Below are positions 1 through 12,712 of a DNA stretch of 64,000 bases, piece after piece; within the stretch, counting starts at the first letter, position 1, and every line of letters starts with the position of its first letter. The notes under the pieces were generated by a model. That model was given only the letters and a program-made list of their open reading frames with translations, was not told the origin of the DNA and made no database searches. The translations under genes were made by a program, and so were the position numbers. Source of the stretch: Flaccisagitta enflata (lineage: Eukaryota); NCBI GenBank assembly GCA_965153355.1, contig OZ231126.1:14384001-14448000 (forward strand). The letters are read 5' to 3'.

Positions 1-135
1 TTGTCCGTCCGACGGTTGGTTGGTCGGTTGGTTGGTCGGTTGGTCCGTGGTGATCGAGTCGAAAAGTGGGGAAACACTCATTTCCGCCCCTGCCCACCCG
101 TCCGCGACTGGTATTGGCCGTGTATCCGGCCTTGT
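1..135 (+). mobile_element. Partial HINE-like element, family A (3' part)
   Basis: (GGTY)n/(GTCY)n microsatellite, core GAAAAGTGGG...CCCCTGCCCACCCGTCCGCGACT, 3' stem-loop GGCCG-TGTATC-CGGCC then TTGTT; nearly the same as full copies at 31896 and 53110. Confidence 0.75.
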
Positions 136-1179
136 TGGAGTCTTTGAGCACTAATTAGTAATTTAAATCTATTCAACAATTCTATTCATAACTTACCAAT
201 TGTACCATAATTGGCAAGAGAATAGTTTTAGCTTTCTTTTGATATATCACATAATAAGATTTAAGTAATAGATGCGTTACAATAAACTACTATTGATGAG
301 GATATCTCTTGATCTCTCTGTCACATTTTTGGCCAACCACCTTCACTTTTCCCCCTGAAAATATAAGTTGTCTGAGATCTTCTTTTATTTTCTATACAAA
401 TAACATGCAGTTTCTTTTGCTCATCGCGTCAAGGCGCGTGGTCGTAGAGATAAAATGAAAACAGATTCAAACTCGTCATGTTTTGGAGATTTTAAGTGTA
501 GCTCGCCTTAACTCAATGCGGCCTGGTTAGACCACAACAACCTTTTATTTAAAGCTTCAACAACTAAGGAATTTATTGGACAATTTTTTTCAAAAAAGAA
601 ATATCTTGTGATGATAATAGGTATAAATAACAAAAAAACCTTGGTCTAGAACATTTTCATGCCTTTGTCATGGCCTGGGCGTGCAAGGAGTCAAGGAACA
701 TTTCCAACACAGTATTTTTCTTGCGAGCTCCATGAATCTTAACTAATGTTACGTTTCTACACTAATTGAAACGCACGCTCTCGGATTTGGGCAGAGAGGC
801 ATGATGTGAGGCTTGGGGTAGGGAGATGGATGGATACTTTAGAAAAAACAATGTGGAATTATAGGTTAAAGAACCCCCCAGGATCACTGCCCAAAAGGGC
901 CTAAAGGGTACAAATTATCAGAAAGAAACAAATTATCATATGGAAGAACACACAAAAGCCTCATTTATTCCATAAGACTTTATCCTCTTTAGATTCTAAT
1001 CAGTCGCCCAAGGGTGATCAGCAATAACCATTGCCTTGTTCTGCAAGATTGTGAATTTCAGTGGCTTTATATCTTATCCAAAAGCCCATTTGGAACCCTA
1101 CCCCTTCCACCATCTCATAACTCAATTGCTAATTTTGGGGCATTTTGTACTGCTGATTATCTGAAACTTTTGAAACTTC

Positions 1180-2078
1180 TTGACCTCAAATTAGCCTCTC
1201 AGGCTTGAACTTAGCCCACTCAAGCCCTAAATCAGGCCCAAACAGGCCTCAAATCCACCCCATTAGACCTCCCACCAGCTACCAGCCCTATAAAGCCTAA
1301 GGACACCTGTATTCTACAAGACTTTGTCACCTTTAAGGCCCTTCCAAACCTCAAATCTGCCCCTGCTGCGCTCAAATCTGCCCTTACCAGCCTTGTCAGT
1401 CTTCCCAGGTCTCATATCAGTTGACTCAGGCTGTAAATCTGCCCCCTCAGTCCTTCTAGGCCTCAAATTGGCCCTCTCCAACCACAAACTGGCCTATTAA
1501 TGTCCATCCATCCCCATCCATCCATCCCCACAGTCCTCAGAAGCCGCAGAACTCCTATACTATTCACACTGTTGTCTTTTTCAAGAGCCGATCTCCTGTA
1601 CAACACAGGAAGGAATTTCCAGACGTCTTTCCTCCATCCATATTTCCATCCATATTTCCATCCATCTGTCTCTCTGTCTGTCCATCTGTCAGTCCATCCG
1701 TCTTTATTTCCATCTGTGTCCATCCACCCTTCCCCCACCCCGGGTTGACCATCAAAGGCCGCATATTAGCCCTCCATGCTTCAAGTAAGCCCTCCAGGTT
1801 TTAAATAAGCCCTCGAGGCATCAAATCAGCCCCCCCATGCCTCAAATTTGCCCTCCAGACCTCATATCTGCTCTCAAACCCTAAATTCTGTGCCTTCAGT
1901 GGCCTAAATCAGTCATCTATGGCTAAAAATGTGTCCCCTCAGGATGTTTGGAAATTCATCCCTGTGTTCTACAGGACATCGACCTTTTTAAGCCGCTGCC
2001 CTACTCTCACTCCACTTTTTAACTGGATCACTCCAAGCAGGGCATTGAGTACCGCTGACCATGTGCGATGACTAGTTC
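1180..2078 (+). mobile_element. Degenerate family C HINE-like element(s) with a CCTCAAAT ~21-mer array
   Basis: Diverged CCTCAAAT repeats; 3' module CCCTGTGTTCTACAGGAC...GCCGCTGCCC...GCAGGGCA...ACCGCTGACCAT shared with 10758-11482 and 38055-38646. Confidence 0.6.
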
Positions 2079-4695
2079 ACACCATAACCTACCTTCTTTT
2101 ACCTGAAATAAATTGTCTCATGAATTGAATCAGCTCTACCAGCCTTTACGTTAGCCATCCTAAGCCTCAAATAAGTCCTCATTGGTTGGATGAATGGATG
2201 GACGAACCATAGTCCCCTCGCATTTTGCAGGACTTTGTCCTCTATAGGATTGCTACCCTGCTTTCAAGGGCTGACTACCATCTTGCTCAAAAATATTGTC
2301 ACAGTAATAAAAAAAAGATATTCATTATTGTTAATTTTTATATCAAATCATATTTTTTGGTACAGATATTTAGTATAGGCTCAAATGGTACTAAATATTC
2401 TTTGTATTCATTTAGGAAACATAGATGAAGGGTTTTCAAACAATTTTGTGGAAAGAGTCCATTGACTTTTCTCGCAATTTTTTTCTGAGGCAATTTCAGA
2501 CTAATGTTCATTCATTTTGATATAAAATCCAAATGGTTTGAACTAGAAAAATCTAGTTGGCAGCACTTAACAGATTTTTTGAAGCTCTTTCTTATGGTCA
2601 CCGGTTTTTATATGGTTTTTTAATGATAAGTGAAGAAAAAGTGAATATAAATCGGTTCATATTTTTCTCATTTTTTTGCAAATTTGTTGCCTCTTGTTGA
2701 TGTCAACATTTTCACTCTTTTGGCTCTAAAATCTAAACAAATTGAGCCACTGAGCTCTGCTTGGCGGCATTTTAAAGATTTTTACTTGCTCTTTCTAAAA
2801 GTCAGAGATTTTGATATAGTTTTTAAGTAGTTTAGTTACAAATAAACCATACCGGTGAGACGATATTTTTGAGCAAGATGGTACACTTGAGAAACCCATA
2901 ACTCATATATGGTATGAGTCATTACCCAAGGGTAATTCCCATCTTGTTCCATTGAAGATTGCTCATATTTCACAATCTCCCTAAAAGATGGACTGACAGG
3001 TGGGCAGACTAACCATTGGATAAACCAACATACTGGCCCACAGACATAACTTCTCAAAGAGATGTCAGGATTGATCACAAAACAGGATAAGACCATGAAA
3101 AAAGAAGATAGGAAAATCCTCCAAAATTCCCATGAAAGTGTCTATGTTTGACAGCCCATAAATTGGTTGTTTTTCAAGCGATTGACATGAAATTGGTGAC
3201 GGTTTTAAAGATATTGAAAAGATCTTTAAAATGGGACCAATCTGGCATTTCTAGCTTTATCCGTTCAAAAGTTATGAGCAAAACAAGTGAAACTGTGAAA
3301 GTAGAAGGAAATAGATAAGACGCGGTTCTTTTGAGCGCGAGATTTCGACTGCCACATGCAGTAAAAAATCAATATAAAACAATGACAAAATTGATGATGG
3401 TTTTGGGTAATAACATATTTGAGTAATACATTTTAAAAAAAATTAATGCAAAATCTTGTTTCATTTTGCTAATATAGCTAAAAATACTAAAAATTAATGT
3501 TTTTTTATAAAAAAAATTTTTCATCATTTTTTCTGTTTTATTTTCATTAGAAAGTACCTTATAATGATAGATATGATTTATTTAAAATATATTCAATGTA
3601 TTGTCAGAAGAAAAAAAATTATTAATAGTTAAAAATAATTAAAAAAATAATGAAATACAAAAAATAAGGTATAATACAGTTTTTTTTTATCATCAAATGC
3701 AATGATTTCTTTTTACTTTTTATTTGTAATTTATGAAAAATATATTTCATATACAAATTTTAAAGATTTAAAGTAAAATGTATTTGGCAATGCAAATTCA
3801 CTCTTCCAAAGGAATGTGTCTTAAAACCTTTATTTCAAAATGGCGTTGCACTTATGTCTGTACTATCGTTTTGTAGCAAAACCAAAGCATGCTATAGATG
3901 TACGCAATGATGGTGTCACATACTTGTTACAACCCCTCAACAATCCTCTGACAACGCTGAAATCATAGCACAGTATAAAGTGTGAAACATGGCAAGTCAT
4001 CACTGCAATGGACGGACTTTTCAACTTCACAATGAGCCAACAGACAGATAGACAGGACCTTTCAACTCATAAAATTATGATTTGCCTACGTAACAACTGG
4101 CAACTCACGGCGCACCTGTTAGACTACTTGGCCATAATATGAAGAAATTGACGAAGATCGAAAAAGCACAATTTAATTTATTTTTTTGATACTACGCAAT
4201 AAATAACGGTATCAATGCTAGAGTATGACGAAAGAAATTATGAGAAAGAGGCAAATGAAAATGCTCCTAAAATCATCGCTTAGCGAGCGTCTCAGACAAA
4301 TGAGCAACGACCGTCCGTTGCTTGAAGCGTGTCCGCGCCCACCAGAAGCGGACGAGACTCTGTGCGATTGATTCCCACGCGGTAAATGATATCGCCTACC
4401 GAGCAACCCTTGGATACGTCCGTCTATTCCAATTCACATTGACTCAAGATAGTCATTCACTGACTCACGGATGTCTTGATAACTCACGGATTTGTAAATT
4501 GACTTAGGGAAATTTCTTGACTTTTGATACAGTTCATAACATGGACGCATTAATCCGTTTGTAACACACGCTTATGTTTTTAATCGGTAACAATGTGAAA
4601 AGGTTTCCATTGCATACGCGCGTATTTAATTGTGCTGCCCTCTTACGTTTATCTCCCTCTTCAGTTCTCATGTTTCCCAAATTCTTCTCAATCAA

Positions 4696-4964
4696 TTAAG
4701 TGCGTCCTCGCACTTTTATAAGAGGTCATGTCCGTCGGTTGGTCGGTTGGTCGGTCGGTCGGTCACGCAAACGTTTGAAATGCGCAAAACGGCTGATTCT
4801 GACGTATTTCTTCATTCCTATCACCTTTCATGCCTCACCACATTCATATTCATTCATTCAATCATTCATTCATTCATTCATATATTCATTCATTCATCAA
4901 AAACGTTCATTCACAAAATCTTAGTCAAGCGAGGCGCACTTATTGGCCTTCACTTGGCCTTGTT
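4696..4964 (+). mobile_element. HINE-like element, family F
   Basis: 5' palindrome AAGTGCG-TCCT-CGCACTT (4698-4715), GTCG/GTTG repeat, (CATT)n, 3' sub-terminal GGCGCACTT, stem-loop GGCC-TTCACTT-GGCC, TTGTT; reverse copy at 63461-63720. Confidence 0.75.
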
Positions 4965-5419
4965 AGTCGCGGACACGCGACTCTAGTCTCTAGAACTTGC
5001 CGTGTCGGTCGGAAAGTCGGAAAGTCGGTAGGTAACATTTTTAGATGCGTCGTCAGGAACGCATCTCTATAAGAGGGTCTGTCCGTTGGTCCGTCGGTCC
5101 GTCCATTGGTCCGTCCGTCGGTCCGTCCGTCGGTCCGTCCGTCCATGACGCCTGTGCGAAAACCGCAGTTTTTGGCTGATATAGGCCACGGTGAGATCCT
5201 GTACTGAATCTAATGATCAACAAACATGTTTTGAGAGCCTCTACTTTTCTGTCGCTTCATCTGTCTGTCCATCGTTATCTTACATATTTAGTCAATACAC
5301 GCAGAGACACAGTCCAGACGCATCGTTGCCCGGTCGGGCTTGTTGAATTCCGAGCGGTTTTCGCACTTCTGCTCCTGCCAAACCGTCCGCAACTGTATTG
5401 CCTGGTATCCGGCCTTGTT
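4965..5419 (+). mobile_element. Family A' HINE-like element with a family B element (5039-5344) nested inside
   Basis: Host starts AGTCGCG-GACA-CGCGACT and ends GTATCCGGCCTTGTT. Removing 5039-5344 restores TTTT|GAATTCCGAGCGG as in the uninterrupted copy at 26141-26279. No TSD. Confidence 0.75.
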
Positions 5420-5439
5420 TCTGTTGTTCTCGCTATTTC

Positions 5440-5557
5440 TTTTTTTTTTTCGTTCTTTCTTTCTGTCTTTCCTTCTTTCTTTCTGTCTTTCTTTTTCTTT
5501 TTTTCTTTCTTTCTTTCTTTCTTTCCTTCTTTCTGTCTTTCTTTCTGTCTTTCTTTT

Positions 5558-5589
<32 letters not shown>

Positions 5590-5666
5590 TCAATTCCCTT
5601 TTTCATTCTTTCTTTCTCTTTCTTTCTATCTTTCTTCTTTTTCTTTCATTCTTTCTTTCTTCTTTT

Positions 5667-5730
<64 letters not shown>

Positions 5731-5890
5731 TTAAGTTTCTTTCTCTCTGACGTTCTGTCTTTCTTTCTTCCTTTCTATCTCTCTGCTTTTTTTCTATTTC
5801 TTTCTTTCTTTCTTTCTTTCTTTCCGTCCGTCTTTCTCTCTGCTGTTCTCTCTTTCTGTCTTTCTTTCTTTCTTTCTTTCTTTCTTTCGT

Positions 5891-5932
<42 letters not shown>

Positions 5933-5958
5933 TTTCTCCTTTGAATCGTAGTTACCTC

Positions 5959-5989
<31 letters not shown>

Positions 5990-5993
5990 TTCT

Positions 5994-6039
<46 letters not shown>

Positions 6040-6052
6040 TGTCTTCTTCTTT
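5440..6052. repeat. (CTTT)n then (CTT)n microsatellite
   Basis: Direct reading. Confidence 0.95.
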
Positions 6053-6215
6053 CGGTTCTCGATTACTCAGTTGTCATTTGTCATTCATTTACAAAGAGAA
6101 TGGAAAGATTCCTGGTCTGAGACGCGCTCTTTAATTTTCAATGTTAAACGTAAAACAAATCAGTAACATCGGAAGTCCTAGCGAGTACAGGATGCTCTCT
6201 TTCTCACCCACCCCT

Positions 6216-6274
<59 letters not shown>

Positions 6275-7499
6275 CTGTCACCTTCCTACGAGATGAAATG
6301 CGTATTGTATCTCTTGGTTAATTGCATCTTAAAATAAGCGAATAGCGTCGGAATCGAAATCGCGATTTTTTTTCTACGAAAGGGTTGACGGAAAACTCTT
6401 ATTTTGCATAGAAAATGATAAAATCAAAAATCGAAGAACATGACCCTCTTCTAAATTCATTTCTCCACAAAGTGATGTTTTCAGAAATGCAAAATTCAAT
6501 CGCGTTCGGAAGATTAAGAGTTTTCCGTGAGACTAAACGTTTTTTCTATCTTTTTCTTAGCGGGATTCTTCCCACTGTTTCGACCCATAAAACGCGTCGA
6601 AACTGATTCAGCTGCCCCAGGGTGACGCAATAATGTTAAATCAACTCATATCAACCCGACCCATACCTCAGGGAGCCATACAGTCCATTTACAATCATGA
6701 ATTTTGACAATTTTCTCTCATTTTCAAAAAAGAGCGAATTGACTTTATCACTGAACCAATCACCCTATTTATTTTTTTTCAGCCCACATATGAGGCGGTT
6801 ATCCCTTTTCTTGGCCGGGGTTCATAAAATATGACTATAATCTCCTAATTTAACAAAAAAAACGAGGAATATAAGACACCCTCCTTGCGAAGATAAAGGT
6901 ATGAATGTCAAGAGTAATCTCAAATTATCACTTAAGATTTTCGTTTCTTTGCTGTTTTATCTCACTTTTTTTTCTTCAACTCACTTCTATAGTTCTGTAA
7001 AAGATTTTGAACAGTTCCCACATCTTAGGATTATGTCCAGTGTTAGTACACAAGTGTTGGACGCGATACTATGTCATTTTTTTGACTTGGTAAAGGTAAA
7101 AAGTAAGTGGCAAAGAAATCTTGTACTCAAAAGAACCGCGTCATAATGATCTGAAAAATCGTCCAAAATCTCCATAATCTTGCTCATGTTTGACAGCTTT
7201 TAACTTGGTTGTTTTTCAACGGATTTGCAAAAAATTGGTGCCGGTTGGAAAGATCTTGAAGAGATCTTTAAAATGGGCCCAATCTGGCATTTCTAGCTCA
7301 ATTCGTTCAAAAGTTACAAGCAAAACAATGGAGGAGGTCAAAAAAAGGGAAAATTTGATGACCTGTACCAACCACCCAGAAAAAAATGGAAATTTACAAA
7401 AATGAGCTACTGGAATGATTTTGCTGTTTTTTGCCATGGATTATGCATGGACTGAACCACTAGAAACCGCAGAAAAAGTGGCAGTTCTCCTAGTTTAAA

Positions 7500-7946
7500 C
7501 CAAGCGGTTCTAAAAATCTGATGTGACCCAAAAATACCCAAAACTACCCAAATAAACCCAAAAATACTCAAAAACACCTAAAAATACCCATTTATACTCA
7601 ACAATACCCAAAATACCTAAGTTTACCCAAAAAAAACCAAAAATACCCAAAGATACCCCAAAATTCCCCAAAATACCCAAAAATACCCAAAAATAATCAA
7701 AAATACCCAAAAGAACCCAAAAATATCTTAAATTATCCTAAAGTACCTTAAGTACTTAGAATAACTTGAGTACCTTAAAGTACCCTGAAGTACCCTAAAG
7801 TCCCCTGAAATACCCTAGAGTACCTTAAATTACCTTAAAATACCTTAAAAAGTCATAATTTTAACAATGTGACGGACGGACGGACCGACAGACCGACCTA
7901 CCGACCGACATGGCAAGGTGTAGAGTCGCGTGCACGCGACTAAAAA
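7500..7946 (-). mobile_element. Family D HINE-like element carrying a ~10-mer (AAATACCCAA) array
   Basis: End palindrome AGTCGCGTGCACGCGACT then AAAAA at ~7924-7946, GACC/GACG microsatellite, internal 10-mer array 7525-7850. Confidence 0.65.
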
Positions 7947-8584
7947 TCATTTATTTTTACATTTTAGCTTATTTTAACTAGATTAATGTAATTTCTGAAG
8001 GCAATAATAGTACAAAAATAGGCGAAATTAGTAACATATTATTCAGATAATATTCAGATTATCAATTTTCCGTGTATCCGGCCTTGTTTATATACATTCA
8101 ATATTTAGATTAAGAGTATATCATCATTCTTCCACTCTATATACGCATTAGCCTCTGTCATGTAACCTTAAAGTTACCCTTGGACTGGAAAAAAATGCTT
8201 TTTGTCTAAGATTGCTTGGTGCCATTAAGTGGCGTTTGCGGCCGGACCACTAGACAGCAGTCGTGTCCATTGGTCCGTTGGTTGTCCCCCCTGGTGGATT
8301 GATACGTATTCTTGTTTAAGAGAGGTTTTCAAAAAAGACCTAAAGCTCGCATTATTATATTCATATATTTTGAAAGTTTGTTTTAATAATGAATGTTGAA
8401 TGAATGAATTTAACTTGATATACGATTACAAACAAGAAATACAATGTGTAAAATTGTAACAAGGCCGGACACACGGCCACCAGTTGCGGACGGGTGGGCA
8501 GGGGCGGATATGCGCGTTTTCCCACTTTTTTACTCGAGCCTGCATCGACGAATAGCCTATGAAAATTGTCAAAAGTTTGTCTCT

Positions 8585-9065
8585 ATATTGAATGTTTGTT
8601 TTACTATAGAATGTTTAAATATCGAATGTTTATGTTTTTATATTGAATGTTTGTTTTTATGTTGAATGTTTGTTTCGATATCAAATATTTATTATTTAAT
8701 GTTTGTTTCAGTATCGAACGTTTATGTTTCCATTTCGAATGTTTATGTTTTAATGTTTGTTTCAAAATCCAATGTTAATGTTTAAGTATTGAATATCTAT
8801 GTTTTGATATTGAATCGTTGTTTTGATATCCAATGTTTATGTTTTAATATTGAATGTTTATGTTTAGTATTGAATGTTTTCGTTTTGATATTGAATGTTT
8901 ATGGTTTGATATTGAATGTTTGTTTTAATATCAAATGTTTGTTTTAGTATTAAATGTTAGTTTCAATAACAAATGTTTATGTTTTAATATAGTATGTTTA
9001 TATTTGTTATTGTCGAATGTTTGTTTCAATATTGAATGGTAATGTTCGCATAACTAATGTTTGTT
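8585..9065. repeat. Degenerate ~20-bp minisatellite (ATTGAATGTTTRTGTTTTRAT)
   Basis: About 20 or more units read directly. Confidence 0.85.
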
Positions 9066-9552
9066 TCATTTCCAACGCTGATCTTTTTTTATTGTTTGTT
9101 GTTGTGGTTGTCGATGTTGTTACTGTTGTTGTGGTAATTGGCAATGTTGTTTCTAGTAAACTTCTGATTCTCTAATTTTCAATCTGATATTGTCACGGCT
9201 AAATGAAGTTGAGACTTTTGTTTTCAAAAGGAACGTTTTGGAGATATTGACAGCTCAACAGAAGCGAAGGTTACCAGGACACACTAACGCACACACACAC
9301 GCTTGTTTTCAAATTGACACTAATTATTGACAGATTCAAATGGGCCATCAATTTTTTTCATTATATAGAGCTGTTCAAAATCTATCTGATGGTGAAAACC
9401 GCATGCTTATATCTTTTCTAATTCGCATTTGGCAGCCTGCTGAAGATGATAGGTGTTCGTTACGAATCTCCGATTTCGAAAAGTTCGTTTCGCGGTTTTG
9501 GTTGCGAAGTAACCAAAAGGAATTTTATCAATGATGTTTGTAACTATGACAC

Positions 9553-9660
9553 GTCTCGCAGTTTGGTCAAGTGGTTAACGCTCTGGACTTCAACTGGGAA
9601 TGTTTCTTATTGCTGGTGACATTTCTTTGTTGAGCTACGAGTTCGAACCCGGTGGAAACT
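9553..9660 (+). other. Degenerate tRNA-like Pol III promoter remnant (A and B boxes)
   Basis: A box TGGTCAAGTGG 9564-9574 and B box GAGTTCGAACCC 9639-9650; no credible anticodon or acceptor stem. Confidence 0.35.
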
Positions 9661-10407
9661 CTCGAATTTCTTTTTCTCAAGGTTAGGTTGCTCCGATTGA
9701 GCTGAAATTTTTTCAGGCAACAAAGTCAATCATGGGCTTTAAGAAAATGTATAGATTATGACAGTTTAGGCAAAAATGTGACTATGAGGGGAGCCTCCAA
9801 AAAAACCGTCCTTGAACTAAACGTACTGTACAGACGGACCGACCGACAGACCGACCGACCGACCGACCGACCGACACGGCATGGTGTAGAGTTTTTTAAA
9901 AGCAGTCACAATTGTTTTGCTTGCGCATTTCCTTTATCAGCCTAAAGCAAAAGAAGGAAAAATGTTTTGAAAATCCCGTCTGCAGGAAGGCTGACGATGT
10001 TCTTATGATTGTTCTTATTTTTTCTCGCATCTGAGCCTCAATGTTCTTATAAACAAGTTTCTTAGTCAAAGAAAAGATGGTATTGTGCTTTTTCCACAAA
10101 TCTGGGTCGATAATATATAAATCTAAATCTAGAATATAAACCTAAGACGATAAAAAACATGGAGCGACGTCAAAACTTTTTTTCTGCAAAGAGTGATTTT
10201 TTATTCCTTTTTTAGTCGCGTGCTTAGCGACTCTACACCCCGCTATGTCGGTCCGTCGGTCGGTCGATCAGTCCCCTTTTTACTTTTTTGGCGTTTTCAA
10301 GCTTTTTGGGCTTTTTGACCAAATACAAAAACAAAAACTGATGTAATCGCATTTTAAGCTGTGCTAATTGACCTCTACCATCTCCATCATAACGATCTAA
10401 CACAATT

Positions 10408-10712
10408 TTTAGTTGCGGACATGCATTTTAGGTCATTTTAGGTCATTCTAAGTCATTTTAAGTCATCTTTATTCATATTAGGTCATATTAGGTCATATTA
10501 GCTCATATTAAGTCATATTAGGTTATTTTAGGTCATTCTAAGTCATATTAAGTTATAAAAAATCACAAAAGTCAATAAGGTCAATATGGTCAATAAAGTA
10601 ACTTTGAGTCATTTTAAGTTATTTCATGTCACCTTGAGTCATTCAAACTCAATTCATGTCATTTTAAGCTATTTATGTCCTGCATGCGACTTATAGGTGT
10701 TGGCCTTGTTTG
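10408..10712 (+). mobile_element. HINE-like element with a 10-mer (AGTCATWTTA) array
   Basis: TTTTTAGTTGCGGAC start, 10-mer array 10428-10665, end ATGCGACT...GGCCTTGTT; resembles the reverse complement of 58880-59284. Confidence 0.65.
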
Positions 10713-10757
10713 AATGGAAATTTGCAAGAGCCAGGGGATTCATGAACGGGCCCCAAC

Positions 10758-11482
10758 TTTTTGGGCAGCGGCCCCGAAGGGGACGAAGTCCTGTAGAACA
10801 CAGGGGGACTTTCGTTCGTTCGTCCGTTCGTTCGTGCGTCCCCCCCTTATCAGGCCCCTTAGGCCTAAAATCTGGCCTCTCAGGCCTCAAATCCAGCCTC
10901 TCAGGCCTCAAATTCAGCCTCTCAGGCCTCAAATCCAGCCTCTCAGGCCTCAAATCCAGCCTCTCAGGCCTCAAATCCAGCCTCTCAGGCCTCAAATCCA
11001 GCCTCTCAGGCCTCAAATCCAGCCTCCCAGGCCTCAAATCCAGCCTCTCAGGCCTCAAATCCAGCCTACTCAGGCCTCAAATCCGGCCTCTCAGGCCTCA
11101 AATCCGACCTCTCAGGCCTAAAACCTGGCCTTTCAGACCTCAAACTAGGCCTCGCAGGCCTCAAATTGAAATTCCCATGCCTCAAACCTGTCCTCTCATG
11201 TCTCAAATCATGTCTCAAGTTAGTCCTCTCAAGCTTCCAATTGGCATTCTCAGGCCTTACATCAGCCTTCTTAGACCTCAATTTAAGCTCTTGAAGGCCT
11301 TCAGTCAACCCTCTATGTAGCATCTCATCCAGGTAACGCAGGACGAACAAAAGTCCCCCTGTGTTCTACAGGACTTCGTCCCCTTCGGGGCCGCTGCCCT
11401 GCTTCCCCTCACTCCAACTCACAATCACTCAAAGCAGGGCAAAGGGTATCGCTGACCATATATTGCCCTTGGGCGACCTGTT
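10758..11482 (+). mobile_element. Family C element: perfect 50-bp inverted repeats around a 21-bp tandem array, plus a 3' tail
   Basis: 10763-10812 is the exact reverse complement of 11350-11399; (CTCTCAGGCCTCAAATCCAGC)n at ~10877-11135; 83-bp tail with hairpin GCCC-TT-GGGC ending CTGTT. Confidence 0.85.
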
Positions 11483-12050
11483 CTTTTATACAACACAATG
11501 GTCCTTCCCCATCTTCAGTACTGTTTGCTTAACTGGGGGAACTTTAAGGGAGATCGTAACCTTGGGTTAAGGGATCGGTTATTGACCCTTCAGAAAAGTT
11601 TGGTAAGAATAATATGCAGTGCCGGCCGAATTTCTCATGCGGACCCACTTTTTGCCAAATTGGCGACTCTTAAGATAGATGATTTGTTTGTCCAAAGTAT
11701 CAGAATTTTTTCATTTAAGCTCTCCAAGGATATGCTACCGGGTGCTATGGCCTCTATGGTAACTTCGGTAAATCATGGTTATTCTACTAGGGGGGCAAGA
11801 AATAATTTCTTTGTTTGTCATTCAGATGATAGATCAATCAAAAGCATTGCCCCAAAATACTGGAATTCTCTTTCTTCGTCGTTGAAAGAATCTCAAAGTA
11901 TCGCGACTTTTAAAGAGAAATCGAAATTAGAGTTATTGGCGCCATACCATAGTTTTGTATGTCGCGTCCGTAACTGTCGCTCGTGTGATTCAACATAGTT
12001 TTTCATTGTTAATTCGGGATACCATTTTTTTTTTTTTTTTTTTTTTTTTG
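11483..12050 (+). pseudogene. 5'-truncated LINE ORF2 C-terminal fragment (CR1/L2-group-like)
   Basis: LYNTMVLPHLQYCLLNWG...LQKSLVRII...HADPLF...HGYSTRG...APKYWNSL...IATFKEK and terminal CxxxxCxxC are typical of the post-RT region of CR1/L2-group elements. Confidence 0.8.
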
Positions 12051-12169
12051 CCATTTTTTTTTTCTCTCGCTCTTTCCTTCATTGCAACGACTCGCATTTT
12101 CTATCATTACAATACATAATAATCGCGCATACATTTTTTTTAGGTACGTTATGATCTTTGCTCACGTAA

Positions 12170-12218
<49 letters not shown>

Positions 12219-12339
12219 ACTCGCGTTATTTTTTTTTTGTTTTTTTTTTTTATTCCATTGTTCCATCTCCCTCACTCTTTCACGTGTATATATTCGTTCT
12301 TTTTTTCTCGTTCGTTTTTTTTTCTTCACTGTTCCGAAT

Positions 12340-12412
<73 letters not shown>

Positions 12413-12506
12413 GTTACGTTTGAGTTACGTTTTATCTTTCATTCTGTGTCGTTCTGTGTTCTCGTTACAAAAAAAACATTGCTACTACTGTATATGGCAA
12501 CGTCAA

Positions 12507-12712
12507 GGGCGTTCCCCTTGGGGTTGCAACTGCTACCGACCGACGGACTAATAACTATGCCAATGAGTAACTAGGGTATAACCGTTATACTCATTTTTTG
12601 TCTCTCTTGACTTCCATTTCAGAAAGTATAAAACTATAAAGTTAAGCAACGTCATAAGGCGTTATGAGCGACCACACGCGCTAGGGGAACAGAAAAACGA
12701 AAGGAAACATAA
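12507..12712 (+). CDS. Two candidate small exons of an unidentified gene (~12507-12566 and 12622-12712)
   Basis: GC-richer island; GA|GTAACT...TTTCAG|A gives a phase-compatible open frame GVPLGVATATDRRTNNYANEKYKTIKLSNVIRRYERPHALGEQKNERKHK ending AAG|GTGGGG; no homology recognised. Confidence 0.25.

Noticed and set aside
1..135. Reading the dispersed GTCY-containing repeats as SINEs
   Set aside because: No A/B boxes, no poly-A tail and no TSDs; termini fit Helentron-type elements better
5213..6120. Long F/L/S- and K/E/R-rich ORFs (also 40022-41374 and 59694-61428)
   Set aside because: Translations of (CTTT)n/(GAAA)n tracts that contain no stop codons
9553..9660. tRNA-Sec or tRNA-Leu gene
   Set aside because: Anticodon and acceptor stems do not pair
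10669..11350. ORFs with 7-aa repeats (RPERLDL, SSLSGLK)
   Set aside because: They come from the 21-bp array of a non-coding family C element and are open in several frames
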